The position numbers and the translations under genes were made by a program. Below, one piece after another: positions 62,820 through 64,000 of a DNA stretch of 64,000 nt. This stretch comes from Massalongia carnosa (Eukaryota): contig OZ287082.1 of NCBI GenBank assembly GCA_965645245.1, positions 1,302,001 through 1,366,000 of the forward strand, given 5' to 3'. The number at the start of each line of letters is the position of its first letter. Within the stretch, counting starts at the first letter, position 1. A model generated the notes under the pieces. It was not told the origin of the DNA and searched no databases. It saw only the letters and a program-made list of their open reading frames with translations.

Positions 62820-64000
62820 TCATGATATTCTCATGATGTCGCTAAGCGTGAGGGGCTGGCCATGCGACCTTAACCCAATATCAATCTTATTTCCCATACC
62901 GGACATAGAAAGAAATTCCTCGGGGTGTGTGAAAACGTGGAGGTTGATGTTGGCGGAGTAGCGTCGCTTAACCACATATTTGTCATTGATGCTGCGGACC
63001 ATCAACTAGTGCTAAGACAACCTTATCTTCACCAGATGCGTGTAGGCTTGGACTACCGTAACAACGAGGTAGAATGCACCATATATGCTGAAGATGGGAA
63101 ACGAACTTCTAAGTTCACAGCGACTTCCGATCCTGGTAGCAAACTCCATACAGCAGAGGACCTGTTTCCGGAGGACCGAGACGAGAATTTGAACTAGCTA
63201 GCCATCATGTGCAGAACAGGTCCATGGCTGGTAGCAGTAATAAAAATCTGGAGAGAGCGAAAGTGTCGAGTTTAGGGTTGGACTATCGGAGAATAAATTT
63301 TCCATTCCATTTAACAGGCCCGGCCTGTTAAATCAAATAGCCCTAACTCCTGCAGCGACTAGTGCGGAAGAGACAGCGATGGACCACTATATGCGCGCCT
63401 TCACACCGTCGCGTTCAACTGGCTCGGTCGGACTTTCGGCTCTGAGGTTTTCTCGAAAATTCGACGTGTACACGATCTATCAGAACAGGATGTTCAGGCG
63501 ACGGAGTAGTGTGTGCCGAAACTGAATTCACTAAGGGCCTGTCCAATTTCCGTTAACTCCGCAGACGAAGTGCCAGACGAAAAGGTGCATAACTACACAG
63601 TAAGTCCGAGAGAATCGCTGCATTTCTAACATCACTACAAAAGCCGGTGGGACTAAACCGCAAAGAGTTTAGGGCGTTTAAGAGCGAGGCCTTGCGCTAT
63701 CGAGTACAAGATGGCCATCTTTATAGACGAAACAGCAAGAACGTACCTTCAAGGCGAGTGATAGACTCCGATGAGCGGAAGTTGGAAATATTGAAACTGC
63801 TACATGACGAAAGTGGACATAGAGGCAGAGAGGGCACATAGAGACGCATAGCAGACAGGTACTGGTGGGAACAATTGCACGATGATGTAAAAGGCTATGT
63901 TCGGTCCTGCGAGGAATGTCAGAAACGTGACCCCACTAGGCTCGAGGAAGCACTTCATCCGACATGGGTTACCTTCTATTGAGCTTGCTTTATTGATCTA
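62820..64000 (+). mobile_element. Ty3/gypsy remnant (protease tail and integrase zinc finger)
   Basis: CENVEVDVGG..IFVI..LVLRQPY, then LHDESGHRG..YWW..VKGYVRSCEECQ (HHCC) with an in-frame TAG at 63839. RT is absent. Confidence 0.75.

Noticed and set aside
1..64000. Starship-type giant element carrying the cluster
   Set aside because: No DUF3435 tyrosine recombinase or boundary is visible in the window, though one outside cannot be excluded.

Overview
Intron-containing filamentous-ascomycete DNA (GT-AG introns with CTRAY branch points). The core is a probable secondary-metabolite gene cluster of about 46 kb, broken up by transposon blocks. It holds a hybrid PKS-NRPS (34409-46162), a Zn2Cys6 regulator, two MFS transporters, a cytochrome P450, a MalC/PhqE-like atypical SDR, a NAPE-PLD-type metallo-beta-lactamase, a PTH11-like membrane protein and an unknown secreted protein. 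The PKS-NRPS splices into one open frame but has unusual domain states: no DH catalytic His, degenerate MT and ER, intact KR, a terminal R domain lacking canonical NADPH and YxxxK motifs, and a G-to-R change in the A7 motif. The rest is nested mobile DNA: three copia elements (one near full length), a TRIM-like mini-LTR element, a 171-bp solo-LTR family, Tad-type LINE fragments, pogo, Tc1 and hAT DNA transposons, a gypsy remnant and several MITEs, one with Transib-like ends. All homology calls are from manual motif reading, not database searches.
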